From the NCBI RefSeq assembly GCF_003790525.1, contig NZ_CP033635.1: a stretch of DNA of 64,000 nucleotides. The stretch is one strand, 5' to 3'. This DNA is from Escherichia coli (GTDB lineage Bacteria > Pseudomonadota > Gammaproteobacteria > Enterobacterales > Enterobacteriaceae). Below are positions 11,262-21,805 of the stretch, piece after piece. The notes below the pieces were generated by a model. That model worked only from the letters and a program-made list of their open reading frames with translations, searched no databases and was not told the DNA's origin. The position numbers and the translations under genes were made by a program. How positions within the stretch are numbered: the stretch's first letter is position 1; each line of letters starts with the position of its first letter.

Positions 11262-12278
11262 ATGCAAAAGAAATCAATTTACGTCGCCTACACGGGCGGG
11301 ACCATCGGGATGCAGCGTTCCGAGCAGGGTTATATTCCGGTGTCAGGTCATCTACAGCGCCAACTGGCGCTGATGCCGGAATTCCATCGCCCGGAGATGC
11401 CAGATTTCACCATTCATGAATATACGCCGCTGATGGACTCTTCAGATATGACGCCAGAAGACTGGCAGCATATTGCTGAAGATATTAAAGCGCATTATGA
11501 CGACTATGATGGTTTTGTCATTCTGCACGGCACCGACACGATGGCGTATACCGCCTCTGCACTGTCGTTCATGCTCGAGAATCTCGGTAAACCGGTTATT
11601 GTGACAGGGTCACAAATCCCGCTAGCTGAGTTACGCTCTGACGGACAAATTAATCTGCTGAATGCGTTGTACGTTGCGGCGAATTATCCTATCAACGAAG
11701 TAACTCTCTTTTTTAATAATCGACTTTATCGTGGCAACCGTACCACCAAAGCCCATGCCGATGGTTTTGATGCGTTTGCCTCTCCAAACCTTCCTCCGTT
11801 ACTGGAAGCAGGTATCCATATTCGTCGTTTGAATACGCCACCCGCCCCGCACGGTGAAGGGGAATTGATCGTTCATCCAATCACCCCACAACCGATTGGC
11901 GTAGTGACGATTTATCCGGGGATTTCTGCTGACGTCGTGCGCAATTTTCTGCGCCAACCGGTGAAAGCATTGATTCTGCGCTCATATGGCGTGGGTAATG
12001 CGCCACAAAACAAAGCCTTCCTGCAAGAATTACAAGAAGCCAGCGATCGCGGAATTGTGGTAGTCAACCTGACACAATGTATGTCCGGTAAAGTGAACAT
12101 GGGGGGTTATGCCACCGGTAACGCCCTCGCCCATGCCGGCGTCATTGGCGGTGCAGATATGACTGTAGAAGCCACACTAACCAAACTGCATTACCTGCTT
12201 AGCCAGGAACTGGATACTGAAACCATTCGCAAGGCCATGAGCCAAAACCTGCGTGGCGAACTGACGCCGGATGATTAA
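11262..12278 (+). CDS. ansA: cytoplasmic L-asparaginase I
   Basis: 338 aa; asparaginase N-terminal signature YTGGTIGM. Confidence 0.93.
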   Translation: MQKKSIYVAYTGGTIGMQRSEQGYIPVSGHLQRQLALMPEFHRPEMPDFTIHEYTPLMDSSDMTPEDWQHIAEDIKAHYDDYDGFVILHGTDTMAYTASALSFMLENLGKPVIVTGSQIPLAELRSDGQINLLNALYVAANYPINEVTLFFNNRLYRGNRTTKAHADGFDAFASPNLPPLLEAGIHIRRLNTPPAPHGEGELIVHPITPQPIGVVTIYPGISADVVRNFLRQPVKALILRSYGVGNAPQNKAFLQELQEASDRGIVVVNLTQCMSGKVNMGGYATGNALAHAGVIGGADMTVEATLTKLHYLLSQELDTETIRKAMSQNLRGELTPDD

Positions 12279-12288
12279 GGAGACTGCA

Positions 12289-12930
12289 ATGCCCCCTCGC
12301 GCCCTGTTACTGGTCGATTTACAAAATGATTTCTGTGCTGGTGGCGCGCTCGCCGTGCCGGAAGGTGACAGTACGGTGGATGTCGCTAACCGCCTGATTG
12401 ACTGGTGCCAGTCGCGCGGTGAAGCGGTTATCGCCAGTCAGGACTGGCATCCGGCGAATCACGGCAGTTTTGCCAGTCAGCACGGTGTAGAGCCTTATAC
12501 GCCAGGCCAACTCGACGGTTTGCCACAAACCTTCTGGCCCGATCACTGTGTGCAGAACAGTGAAGGTGCACAATTACATCCGTTACTGAAGCAAAAAGCG
12601 ATCGCAGCGGTGTTCCATAAAGGCGAAAATCCTTTAGTTGACAGTTACAGTGCCTTTTTTGATAACGGCCGTCGGCAGAAAACTGCGCTCGATGACTGGT
12701 TACGCGATCATGAAATCGATGAATTGATCATTATGGGCCTGGCTACTGACTATTGCGTGAAGTTTACCGTGCTGGACGCGTTACAGTTAGGCTATAAGGT
12801 GAACGTGATTACCGATGGTTGTCGTGGCGTAAATATCCAGCCACAGGACAGTGCGCACGCGTTTATGGAAATGTCAGCAGCTGGGGCAACGCTATATACG
12901 CTGGCAGACTGGGAAGAAACGCAGGAGTAA
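12289..12930 (+). CDS. pncA: nicotinamidase / pyrazinamidase
   Basis: 213 aa from MPPRALLLVDLQNDF; isochorismatase-fold protein; start 8 nt after ansA stop. Confidence 0.9.
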   Translation: MPPRALLLVDLQNDFCAGGALAVPEGDSTVDVANRLIDWCQSRGEAVIASQDWHPANHGSFASQHGVEPYTPGQLDGLPQTFWPDHCVQNSEGAQLHPLLKQKAIAAVFHKGENPLVDSYSAFFDNGRRQKTALDDWLRDHEIDELIIMGLATDYCVKFTVLDALQLGYKVNVITDGCRGVNIQPQDSAHAFMEMSAAGATLYTLADWEETQE

Positions 12931-12939
12931 TTTTACGCT

Positions 12940-12970
12940 GGCCTACAATTCTGTACTGGCATTGTAGGCC
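12940..12970. terminator. bidirectional hairpin between convergent pncA and ydjE
   Basis: Perfect 10-bp arms GGCCTACAAT / ATTGTAGGCC separated by 11 nt. Confidence 0.6.
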
Positions 12971-13022
12971 AGATAAAACACGTCAGTGGTACATCTGGCA
13001 ATTGATGCCATCAACGAAAGAT

Positions 13023-14381
13023 TTAATTCACCTCAGAAATCTCTTCCAGCGACACCTTCCGCGTTTCGATGCCAAAAATGGAGAGAACCAGCGCACAGAG
13101 CACTAACATGACACCAAGCACCATAAACACCGTAATCGACCCATAATGTGTTAATAATGCCGCAACGCCATAGGGCGTGAAGACTGCGACGATCCGTCCG
13201 ACGGCATTAACGAAACCCGAACCACGCAGGCGTAAATGCGTTGGCCAAAGTTCCGGGATATAAACCGCCGACGCGAAGCACACATACATGTATAAAAAGA
13301 AGATCATCACCAGGCCATAGATTAAAATCGCCCACTCTGTAGTTTGAATTGAATAGATATAGCCTAACACAGCAATAATAATAAGTAAGGCAGAGCCAAA
13401 TAATCGACGAGGAAAATGATCAATAATTAATGCCGCAATAAATATCCCTACCGGAGCGCCAATCATAATAACAGCGGTCATTAATATTGATTTATCAACA
13501 TCAATGCCGGAGTTAACAAATATGGTCGGTATCCATACGGTGATGGTATAAAGCGAAATGTTCATTGCAATTAACACAGTAATCGCGACTAATGTACGTC
13601 GTAACATTTCCCCTTTAAACAGGAGCCAGAAGGTACCCTTGATTACCTTAACCTTGCTGTTGCTCTGGTTCAAAGTAAGCGGGGGTAAACGAATACTCTT
13701 CTCTCTTTCAATTTGCTGCTCTACTTCACGAAGTTGGCTTTCTGCACCTGCGATTTGCCCTTTCCCTGCCAGCCATCGTGGCGACTCAATAAAGTATTTA
13801 CCTGAGAGAAACCAGGCTAACAGTATGCCAATACCGCCCAGCAGAAACATTATCCGCCAACTAAAAAAAGCGATAACCACCACGCCTATCGCCGCAGACA
13901 GCATGGGCGACCAGTTACCAACAAATGAGAGCCGCGCGGACCATTTTCCACGCACCGTCGCGGGGATAAACTCCGTAAATGAGGCATAGCCAACCATAAT
14001 CAGCGCCCCCATTCCTGTGCCCATCAGGAAGCGAAAGAAGATGAGCCAGTACATATCAGGGACAAAAGCGGCCCCTGTTGCCGCAATACCGACGATGAGA
14101 AGATTTATGCGAAAAGCCCTGCGCCGCCCAAAATAATCACCGATGAACCCACCGGTAAGAGAGCCGATGAAATAACCAAACATTAATGCCGAGGTAAAGG
14201 CGGCATTGAGGAAATTATTTGACCATCCATTGCTTACCAGCTTTGCTAAAACAACATTGCCTGAATAACTCAAAAAACCCGTTAATAACAGACTAAAGCT
14301 TATAATACCAAATATACGATAATGAAACCGGGCCAAAGGCAAGCGGTCCAGTCTTGCGCCAATTTGATCATATTGTTCCAT
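13023..14381 (-). CDS. ydjE: MFS transporter (sugar/metabolite porter type)
   Basis: 452 aa, multiple hydrophobic helices; ATG start verified. Confidence 0.88.
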   Translation of the reverse strand: MEQYDQIGARLDRLPLARFHYRIFGIISFSLLLTGFLSYSGNVVLAKLVSNGWSNNFLNAAFTSALMFGYFIGSLTGGFIGDYFGRRRAFRINLLIVGIAATGAAFVPDMYWLIFFRFLMGTGMGALIMVGYASFTEFIPATVRGKWSARLSFVGNWSPMLSAAIGVVVIAFFSWRIMFLLGGIGILLAWFLSGKYFIESPRWLAGKGQIAGAESQLREVEQQIEREKSIRLPPLTLNQSNSKVKVIKGTFWLLFKGEMLRRTLVAITVLIAMNISLYTITVWIPTIFVNSGIDVDKSILMTAVIMIGAPVGIFIAALIIDHFPRRLFGSALLIIIAVLGYIYSIQTTEWAILIYGLVMIFFLYMYVCFASAVYIPELWPTHLRLRGSGFVNAVGRIVAVFTPYGVAALLTHYGSITVFMVLGVMLVLCALVLSIFGIETRKVSLEEISEVN

Positions 14382-14497
14382 TAGGTGCCTCGGATTTGCT
14401 AAAAAGGTAGCAATTGCGGCAAATTCACTTGCCGCATCTTTATCATCATTTTATTTCCAGGCGCAGGAACAAATAATATTGACAACGTGTGCTAAAA

Positions 14498-15256
14498 TTA
14501 CCACACCAGCTGGATATTATTGTCTTTGCAAAATGCTATCCACTCTGCACCCGGTGATTTATCAGTTATTATGTAATTAATATGACTAAAGTCAGCTAAC
14601 TGGACAAAAGCTTTGCGATCAAACTTAGAGTGATCAACCAATAACGCAACTTCTGTCGCCTGACGGATCATTGTCTTTTTGATTTCAGCTTCCGCTTCGT
14701 TAGAGTCCAGCGCGCCGCTGTTAATATCAAGACCTTTACAACTCATTACCATGATATCGACATGGTAGCGGCTGATGATCTCTTTAGTAATTCTTCCTTG
14801 CAGGGAAAGTGTATTTTTGTTTAGTTCCCCACCCGTTGAAACGACTTTAATTTCTGACTGAGCCAGAACATGAATCGCTTCCGCCGAGTTGGTTAGCAAC
14901 GTCAGGTCACTACGGTCCTGTAACAATTTGAGCAATTCCATTACGGTACTACTGGAATCGGCTGCCATGGTGGTTTTATTGTCGACAAAGGGTAGTGCCT
15001 TGCGTGCAATAAGCTGCTTCTCTTCATAAAACGATGAAGCGCGCTTATAAAAATGGATATTCTCCGTCAACATCGCTGTATTTAAAACAGCACCACCATA
15101 GGTTCTGGTCAAAAAGCCTTCATCTTCCAGCTTCTCAAGATCGCGGCGAATGGTTTCTTCGGTTACCTGAAAAATCCCACTCAAATTTGAGACTGTCACC
15201 TTTTTATCGTTGGCAACCATTTGCTTAATTGCCTGAATCCTGTCTTTTGCCGCCAC
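14498..15256 (-). CDS. ydjF: DeoR-family transcriptional regulator
   Basis: 252 aa; N-terminal HTH and DeoR-type sugar-phosphate sensor domain; GTG start. Confidence 0.88.
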   Translation of the reverse strand: MAAKDRIQAIKQMVANDKKVTVSNLSGIFQVTEETIRRDLEKLEDEGFLTRTYGGAVLNTAMLTENIHFYKRASSFYEEKQLIARKALPFVDNKTTMAADSSSTVMELLKLLQDRSDLTLLTNSAEAIHVLAQSEIKVVSTGGELNKNTLSLQGRITKEIISRYHVDIMVMSCKGLDINSGALDSNEAEAEIKKTMIRQATEVALLVDHSKFDRKAFVQLADFSHINYIITDKSPGAEWIAFCKDNNIQLVW

Positions 15257-15392
15257 GATTACACCCCTGTATCTTTTTACATCACATTAGCGCGATTATC
15301 GCATAACCGATGTTTACTTTCAAAATAACCTGTTTGAATCACAGATTTTCATTACAGTTTTCACAGAAACAGAGGTGAATCGTGTTGAGTAT

Positions 15393-16373
15393 TTAACGCT
15401 CCAGGGCCTCTGCCATTTCCCTCATCAATGTTGCGTCTGCATCCGATAAGTTGATATTCAGTGCCGCGACATTTTCACGTACCTGTTCCGGTGCAGTAGC
15501 CCCACTAAGAATGGAGATTAAATCACTCTGTTTTAATATCCACGCCAGTGCCAGAGTGGGAATTGTGCACTGATAACGAGCACAGAGTGGCTGCCACTGT
15601 TCAAGCATATCAATCACTTTCAGCATGTTTTCACGCTGGAACCAGACTTTATTTGCCCGAGCGCCGCCCGGAACGTAATCACGCGTGATGGTACCGGTCA
15701 ACAATCCCTGCTCTAGCGGGGAATAAACCTGTACCACAATGCCATTATCACGACATAGCGGCAGCAGTTCGCTTTCCAATGCCCGGTCGAGGATACTGTA
15801 TTTCGCCTGAATAATATCCAGTTCACCATATTGCAGATACTCGCGGATATGGTCAGCATCGACGTTAGCAGCGCCTATAGCGCGAATTTTTCCTTCGGCC
15901 TTTAACTCATTGAGCACTGCGACAGTTTCAGCTATCGGCGTAAAAAATGGCGGCACCGACTGCCAGTGCGTCATGTAGATATCGATGTAATCAATATCCA
16001 GACGTTGCAAGCTGGCTTCTACCTCTTCGCGGATAGATTCCGGGGAAAGGTTTTTATACAACTGCCGATCGCCCACTTTGTTGAATAAACTCCCTTTTCG
16101 TTCCCAGACAATGCCGCATTTGGTTTCTACTACAACCTGTTCACGGGGCAGTTTTTTTAACGCCTGACCGACGATAACTTCACTATTGCCAAAGTTATAT
16201 CCTGGCGCAGTATCAATCAGATTAATGCCACAACGATGGGCTTCAAGAATCGTATCAATACATATTTGCCGATCGAGATCGCCATTCCATGCAGGACCGC
16301 CGCCAATGGCCCATGTCCCCAACCCCATTCGCGAAAGCGTAATATCCGTTGTGCCTAAAGGTATCTTTTTCAT
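15393..16373 (-). CDS. ydjG: aldo-keto reductase
   Basis: 326 aa AKR-family sequence. Confidence 0.88.
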   Translation of the reverse strand: MKKIPLGTTDITLSRMGLGTWAIGGGPAWNGDLDRQICIDTILEAHRCGINLIDTAPGYNFGNSEVIVGQALKKLPREQVVVETKCGIVWERKGSLFNKVGDRQLYKNLSPESIREEVEASLQRLDIDYIDIYMTHWQSVPPFFTPIAETVAVLNELKAEGKIRAIGAANVDADHIREYLQYGELDIIQAKYSILDRALESELLPLCRDNGIVVQVYSPLEQGLLTGTITRDYVPGGARANKVWFQRENMLKVIDMLEQWQPLCARYQCTIPTLALAWILKQSDLISILSGATAPEQVRENVAALNINLSDADATLMREMAEALER

Positions 16374-16382
16374 TTGCCTTCA

Positions 16383-17330
16383 TTATCCTTCGTATTCTTC
16401 CAGCAATTGTTCGACCAGTTTTCTGTTTTTTACACCGGTGGTGGCACCGACGCTCAAAACAGAGATAGCCGCCGTTGCATTGGCAAAGCGTGCGCATTCA
16501 CGCAGATTTTTGCCTTCTAACAGAGCCGCTATAAAGCCAGAAGCAAAGTTATCGCCTGCGCCAATAGTGTCGATGGCGGTTATTCCTGCGACCGCCGGCA
16601 CCTTCATCGTCATGTCACCACGCTTGATAAAGCAGCCGTCTTTACCCGTTTTAATCACCACCGTTTTTACGCCGCACGCAAGAAAGCAGTCAGCAATTTC
16701 ATCCAGTGTCTCTTTCCCGGTGAGTAATTTTGCCTCGGCAAAATTAGGAAACAGATAATCGACATAACTCAATGCTTCGCAAATATCATCCAGCGTTTCA
16801 TTCAACCGCGGTTTGATCATATCGGCACAGATAATCATCTGCCGGGCTTTAGCTTGCGTAAAAATTTCTGTTAGCGCTTTACCATCCAATAGAGGACTGT
16901 TGAAAATACTGGCCAGAGATAATAATTTCGCCTGAGAAAACCGCGAAAAATCAACATCGTCAATATTCAATTTCCACAGACTGCCGTTACGGTTTGTGAC
17001 AAACGTCCGCTCGCCATCCTCCGTCACCAGTCCAACGTTAATTGAGGTATCTATGCTGACGTCCTGCTTCAGGCTTTGAATATCAATATTCTCTTTGCGG
17101 CAATGGTCGAGAATAAATTGCCCGGCGGCATCTTTACCAATACGACTCATTAATGCTGTGCGATGGCCCAGACGAGAAATAATTGTTGCTTCATTTATTG
17201 CATCACCCCCGGTGGTCATTGCGATTCTTTCAAGAGGATAAGAATCCACATCAAAGATATTTTTACTGACCGGTTGCAATGGAATATCAACAATAGCGGC
17301 ACCTATACAAATAACGTCGAGATTATCCAT
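16383..17330 (-). CDS. ydjH: PfkB-family sugar (acid) kinase
   Basis: 315 aa from MDNLDVICIGAAIVD; PfkB signature DTIGAGDNFASGF; the ORF-track start would overlap ydjI. Confidence 0.85.
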   Translation of the reverse strand: MDNLDVICIGAAIVDIPLQPVSKNIFDVDSYPLERIAMTTGGDAINEATIISRLGHRTALMSRIGKDAAGQFILDHCRKENIDIQSLKQDVSIDTSINVGLVTEDGERTFVTNRNGSLWKLNIDDVDFSRFSQAKLLSLASIFNSPLLDGKALTEIFTQAKARQMIICADMIKPRLNETLDDICEALSYVDYLFPNFAEAKLLTGKETLDEIADCFLACGVKTVVIKTGKDGCFIKRGDMTMKVPAVAGITAIDTIGAGDNFASGFIAALLEGKNLRECARFANATAAISVLSVGATTGVKNRKLVEQLLEEYEG

Positions 17331-17334
17331 ATCA

Positions 17335-18171
17335 TTATTCCGCTTTGCCATCAGAACCGAACAGTTTAATTTTTTCCAATGCCCGTTCTTTTACAGCTTT
17401 ACGTACTTCACGTTCTAAATGCAGGAAAGGCTGATCCTGGTTTTCTTTCACTGCTACCATTGCGGCCTGACAGAGCTCCGTATGAATGTTGATTTTCGCA
17501 ATACCCAACGAAATTGCAGTTTTAATGTCGGCATCACTGATCCCCGATGCGCCGTGCAAAACCAGCGGAACAGAAACAGCATCGCGTACGCGTTTGACGA
17601 CCTCAAAGTTCAATTGTGGCTCTGACGTATAAACCCCATGCTGGTTGCCGATGGCGACAGCCAATGAGTCACAGCCCGTACGTTCAACAAATTCAGCCGC
17701 CTGGTCAGGATCGGTATAGTGATAGCCCGCCAGCGCTTCCTCATAAACGGTTTCATTACCGACATGCCCTAATTCCGCCTCTACCGGAATACCCAGCGGA
17801 TGGAAGAAATCAACAGCCTCTTTGGTTAAACGAATATTTTCTTCGAAATCAAATGCGGAAGCATCACGCATTAATGAATTCATACCATGAGTCCAGGCGT
17901 TATGAATAATTTCCATACTCCGACCATGATCCCAATGAGTTATTACCGGCACCGTTGCTTTTTTTGCCATTGATACCATCATGTGAGAGAAATCTTCAAA
18001 TGAGGTGTTCCCGACAAAACCTGTACCAAAAGAAATAATAACCGGTGATTTCGCTTCTTCGGCTGCGTCGATAACGCCCATCAACATTTCTGCATTCCAT
18101 ACGTTAAAATGGGCAATTGCATAATGTTTATTTGTGGCATCGTTTTCCCAATATCTGATATCTGCGAGCAT
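17335..18171 (-). CDS. ydjI: class II (metal-dependent) aldolase
   Basis: 278 aa; fructose/tagatose-bisphosphate aldolase class II-like sequence. Confidence 0.88.
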   Translation of the reverse strand: MLADIRYWENDATNKHYAIAHFNVWNAEMLMGVIDAAEEAKSPVIISFGTGFVGNTSFEDFSHMMVSMAKKATVPVITHWDHGRSMEIIHNAWTHGMNSLMRDASAFDFEENIRLTKEAVDFFHPLGIPVEAELGHVGNETVYEEALAGYHYTDPDQAAEFVERTGCDSLAVAIGNQHGVYTSEPQLNFEVVKRVRDAVSVPLVLHGASGISDADIKTAISLGIAKINIHTELCQAAMVAVKENQDQPFLHLEREVRKAVKERALEKIKLFGSDGKAE

Positions 18172-18191
18172 ATTCTGTTCTCCCGTATTAA

Positions 18192-19235
18192 TTAATCGCT
18201 AATTTTAATAACGCCTTTAATAATGTCGCGTTTGTTGTTAACTGACTCTTCAAATGCCTGTTGTACATCCCGATAATCGTAAATATGCGTCACCATCGAT
18301 TTCACATCGAATCGCCCTGAAGAAATAGCTTCAATCGTGACCGGATAACGATTGGCATAGCGGAATACCGTCTGGATAGTGACTTCGCGATTGATTTTGA
18401 GGAAATTGATTGCCGAATCGCCCGGTACAGTACCAACAATCATAATTTTACCGCCGCGCATTACCAGATAAGGTGCCTGTTTAACGGTGACCGCAGAACC
18501 TGCTGTTTCGAAAACAATATCTGCGCCCATTTCTTCGGTAAATTGCTGACAGCGTGCAATAGTGTCTTCTTTTGCGCCGTTAATAACCACTGTCGCGCCG
18601 AGCTGTTCCGCCATTGTCAGACGTTTTTCCAGCACATCAACGACGGCAATATCCGTAGCTCCCAGGCATTTGCACGCTTGCAACGTCATCAAACCAATAC
18701 AACCTGCTCCCAGAATAATTATCTTCTTACCCGGTTTAACATCTGCCAGCATCGCGGCATGCATCCCGACTGCGGCAGGCTCCACCAGCGCCCCTTCCAT
18801 CGTGTCCATATTGTCTGGCAGTTTGTAAGTAAAGCTCTCCGGATGACACAGATAGTGCGTTAATGCGCCGCGGTAGTTGGGTTGTGTCGCCATAAAATCA
18901 ACGTCCGGGCAAATGTTATATTTGCCTTCCAGACAGTAACGACAGTGACCGCAAGGAACGCCAGGTTCGATATTTACCCGATCCCCCGGTTTAAATTTGC
19001 GCACGCGGCTTCCCACAGCCACAACCGTCCCGGCGCATTCATGACCCAGGCCAATTTCTTGATTTGGGTCTTTAGGCGGAATAAACGGGCCTGATTCAAA
19101 ACCATGTACATCTGAACCACAAATACCGACATATTCTACTTTAATCAAAACTTCATCTTCTTTAGGCACAGGCATTTCTGCTGAAATAATTTTCATTGTG
19201 CCCGGCACCTGCAATATTGCTTTTGAATTTTTCAT
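18192..19235 (-). CDS. ydjJ: Zn-dependent polyol/alcohol dehydrogenase
   Basis: 347 aa; Zn-ADH motif GHECAG and Cys-rich structural zinc site. Confidence 0.88.
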   Translation of the reverse strand: MKNSKAILQVPGTMKIISAEMPVPKEDEVLIKVEYVGICGSDVHGFESGPFIPPKDPNQEIGLGHECAGTVVAVGSRVRKFKPGDRVNIEPGVPCGHCRYCLEGKYNICPDVDFMATQPNYRGALTHYLCHPESFTYKLPDNMDTMEGALVEPAAVGMHAAMLADVKPGKKIIILGAGCIGLMTLQACKCLGATDIAVVDVLEKRLTMAEQLGATVVINGAKEDTIARCQQFTEEMGADIVFETAGSAVTVKQAPYLVMRGGKIMIVGTVPGDSAINFLKINREVTIQTVFRYANRYPVTIEAISSGRFDVKSMVTHIYDYRDVQQAFEESVNNKRDIIKGVIKISD

Positions 19236-19251
19236 TTTGAATCCACCAGTA

Positions 19252-20631
19252 TTATTTATTGACTACTGCATCAATACTTAAACTTTCAACGGAGACACCT
19301 TTGGTTTCAATTCCAATGGTGGCGATAGCAATTGCGACAATAATTGAAACCGCCCCCAGAAGAATAAAGACTCCCGTTACGCCATAACTACTGAGCAGCA
19401 CTGCAACGGCATAAGGTGCGGCAATACCACTGATTCGCCCTACTGCATTCGCCAGACCGGAGCCACGTAATTTTGCCTCTGTCGGCCAGATCTCAGGGAC
19501 ATACACTGCCGAGGCATAGCAAACGTACATATAGACGAAAGTAATCAGGAAGAAACCAATCAGCGTTATGAGCAACATACTGGTTTGCAGTGAATAGATA
19601 TATCCGAGCACCGCAATCAGGATTAATAGCCCCACACCCATTGTTTTACGCGGAATTTTATCCATCACCAGCATGGCAATAAATATACCAAATGGCGCAC
19701 CAAACATACTCATGGTATTTAAAACAATCGAGTCTTTTAAATTAATCCCCTGGGTCATGAATATTGTTGGCAACCAGTTAATTAGTGTGTACTGCACAAC
19801 GTTCATGGCAATCAGCACACAAGAACCTAATATCACGCGTTTCAGTAATACTCCTGTCAGTAAGGCTGAATACGGCACCGCTTGTGGCGCTTTACCGTCA
19901 TCAGCAATAACCACGGGCGGCAAAGGTTTTCCCGTCTGGCGTATGACGCCTTCTTCTATACTCCGCATGACTTTCTCGGCTTCCTGATACCGTCCGCGCG
20001 ATTCCAGCCAGCGCGGGGATTCAGGAAAGTAGCGCCAGGCCAGCGCCGTAGCGATAAGCGACAATATTGCAGGGATAAGCAGTTGTACTCGCCAGTTCCA
20101 CTCTGCACTAATCAGCGGCGTGAGTCCCATCGCAATCAATGAACAGAGCGGATATGACCAGTTGCCAATAAAAGAAACCCGACTGGACCACGTTCCGCGA
20201 TTTCTACCGGGCATATATTCGGTGAAACCAGCAAACAGCGTCACCAGTAAAGCTCCCAGCCCAACGCCCATCACAAAACGGCAGGCAATAAGGAAATCCA
20301 TATTCGGTGAAAAAGCACCGACCACCATCGAGGCAATATGAATGGCCTCATAGAGGATGAACGCATTTCTGCGACCGGTTTTGTCACCGATGATGCCGCC
20401 AACCAGCGCACCGAGAAACATTCCGGCGGTCGTGATTGCTGAGAATGTGGCAGTGGTGGAATTATCTGTCCAGCCCAACGCTTTCAGCTGCGCGAGGATC
20501 AAGCCACCAACGGCATTACTCCAGCAGACAAGCAAGCCAAACGCGACGATAGCAAACATTGACGAATGCCAGCGGCAATCCGGTAAGCGATCCAGCCGAG
20601 CACCACAATGCGGTTTTGTTATCTGTTCCAT
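19252..20631 (-). CDS. ydjK: MFS transporter
   Basis: 459 aa polytopic membrane protein, paralogous to ydjE. Confidence 0.88.
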   Translation of the reverse strand: MEQITKPHCGARLDRLPDCRWHSSMFAIVAFGLLVCWSNAVGGLILAQLKALGWTDNSTTATFSAITTAGMFLGALVGGIIGDKTGRRNAFILYEAIHIASMVVGAFSPNMDFLIACRFVMGVGLGALLVTLFAGFTEYMPGRNRGTWSSRVSFIGNWSYPLCSLIAMGLTPLISAEWNWRVQLLIPAILSLIATALAWRYFPESPRWLESRGRYQEAEKVMRSIEEGVIRQTGKPLPPVVIADDGKAPQAVPYSALLTGVLLKRVILGSCVLIAMNVVQYTLINWLPTIFMTQGINLKDSIVLNTMSMFGAPFGIFIAMLVMDKIPRKTMGVGLLILIAVLGYIYSLQTSMLLITLIGFFLITFVYMYVCYASAVYVPEIWPTEAKLRGSGLANAVGRISGIAAPYAVAVLLSSYGVTGVFILLGAVSIIVAIAIATIGIETKGVSVESLSIDAVVNK

Positions 20632-20657
20632 GCGATAACGCTCCTTCAGGAGAGTAG

Positions 20658-21734
20658 TTATTCATCAAAGTCGTAAGTCATGATCACTTTGATTGCGGTT
20701 TTATCGACCATCGCATCAAACCCTTCGCGCCATTGCGACAGGCCGATACGATGCGTGATCATCGGTTTGACTTTGATAGCGCCGCTGGCTAATAGCCTGA
20801 TAGCGTTACGCCATGAGGTGGAGTCATAGGCCATATGCCCAATGATGCTTTTGTTCCAGGCGGTAATGTCATTAATCGAGAAATCAAGAGGTTTGAAGCC
20901 CATTCCAACGCGTACCACTTCCCCATTCGGGCGGAGCATTTCGATGGCTTGTTTCAATGCGATATTGGCACCGGAGCATTCAATCACCAGCCCCAGATTG
21001 TCTTTGCCACAAATTTGCTGGCAGCGTGCCACCACATCTTCGGTAGAACCATTTACTACTGCCGTCGCACCCAGTTCTTTTGCAACCGGGAAGCGGACCG
21101 CCACATCTTCTTGTAGACCAACGACGACGATATTTACCGCCCCCATAATCCGCGCCATTTGTACGGAGAACAGTCCGAGTGGGCCAGTGCCGATGACGAC
21201 TACATCCTGACCAGGGAGGAATTTCGATTGCTGCGCGATGGATTTGTAGGCATTGCAGATAGGGTCAAGTACGGCTGCGTCCTCATAATCAACACCATCA
21301 GGGATTTCCCACAACGCATGACGATGAATTTTGAGAATTTCACCAGGAACCAGACAATATTTGGAAAAACCACCGCCCCAGGTATTGTTATCCAGACCAA
21401 GGTTTACTTTTTCTGTACAACACAGAAAATCACCTTGTTCACAGGCCGGACAAACGCCGCAGACGTGACCGCTGTTATCTGACACGACGCGTTGCCCCAC
21501 TTTCCAGTCTTTGACTTTTTCACCAACCTGCGCAATACAACCTGCGAACTCATGGCCGCGGATAGAGTTAAACTCATCAGAACCGCTATCGACATTGTAG
21601 TGCTTCATGTCTGCGCCGCAGATTGCCGCGGCTTTAATTTCAATCACGACATCTTCCGGGCCACAAATGGGTTGTGGCACATCGATCATCTTGTAGCCGC
21701 CAAAGGCTTTGCCAAACCGAGCCAGTGCTTTCAT
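20658..21734 (-). CDS. ydjL: Zn-dependent dehydrogenase
   Basis: 358 aa; GHEFAG catalytic zinc motif and CxxCxxC structural zinc motif. Confidence 0.88.
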   Translation of the reverse strand: MKALARFGKAFGGYKMIDVPQPICGPEDVVIEIKAAAICGADMKHYNVDSGSDEFNSIRGHEFAGCIAQVGEKVKDWKVGQRVVSDNSGHVCGVCPACEQGDFLCCTEKVNLGLDNNTWGGGFSKYCLVPGEILKIHRHALWEIPDGVDYEDAAVLDPICNAYKSIAQQSKFLPGQDVVVIGTGPLGLFSVQMARIMGAVNIVVVGLQEDVAVRFPVAKELGATAVVNGSTEDVVARCQQICGKDNLGLVIECSGANIALKQAIEMLRPNGEVVRVGMGFKPLDFSINDITAWNKSIIGHMAYDSTSWRNAIRLLASGAIKVKPMITHRIGLSQWREGFDAMVDKTAIKVIMTYDFDE

Positions 21735-21805
21735 TGCGTCATCCTCTGTGTTTTGTTTTGCTTAGATGGTCATCATACTTACCCACATGATTTTTGAGGT
21801 CAACA

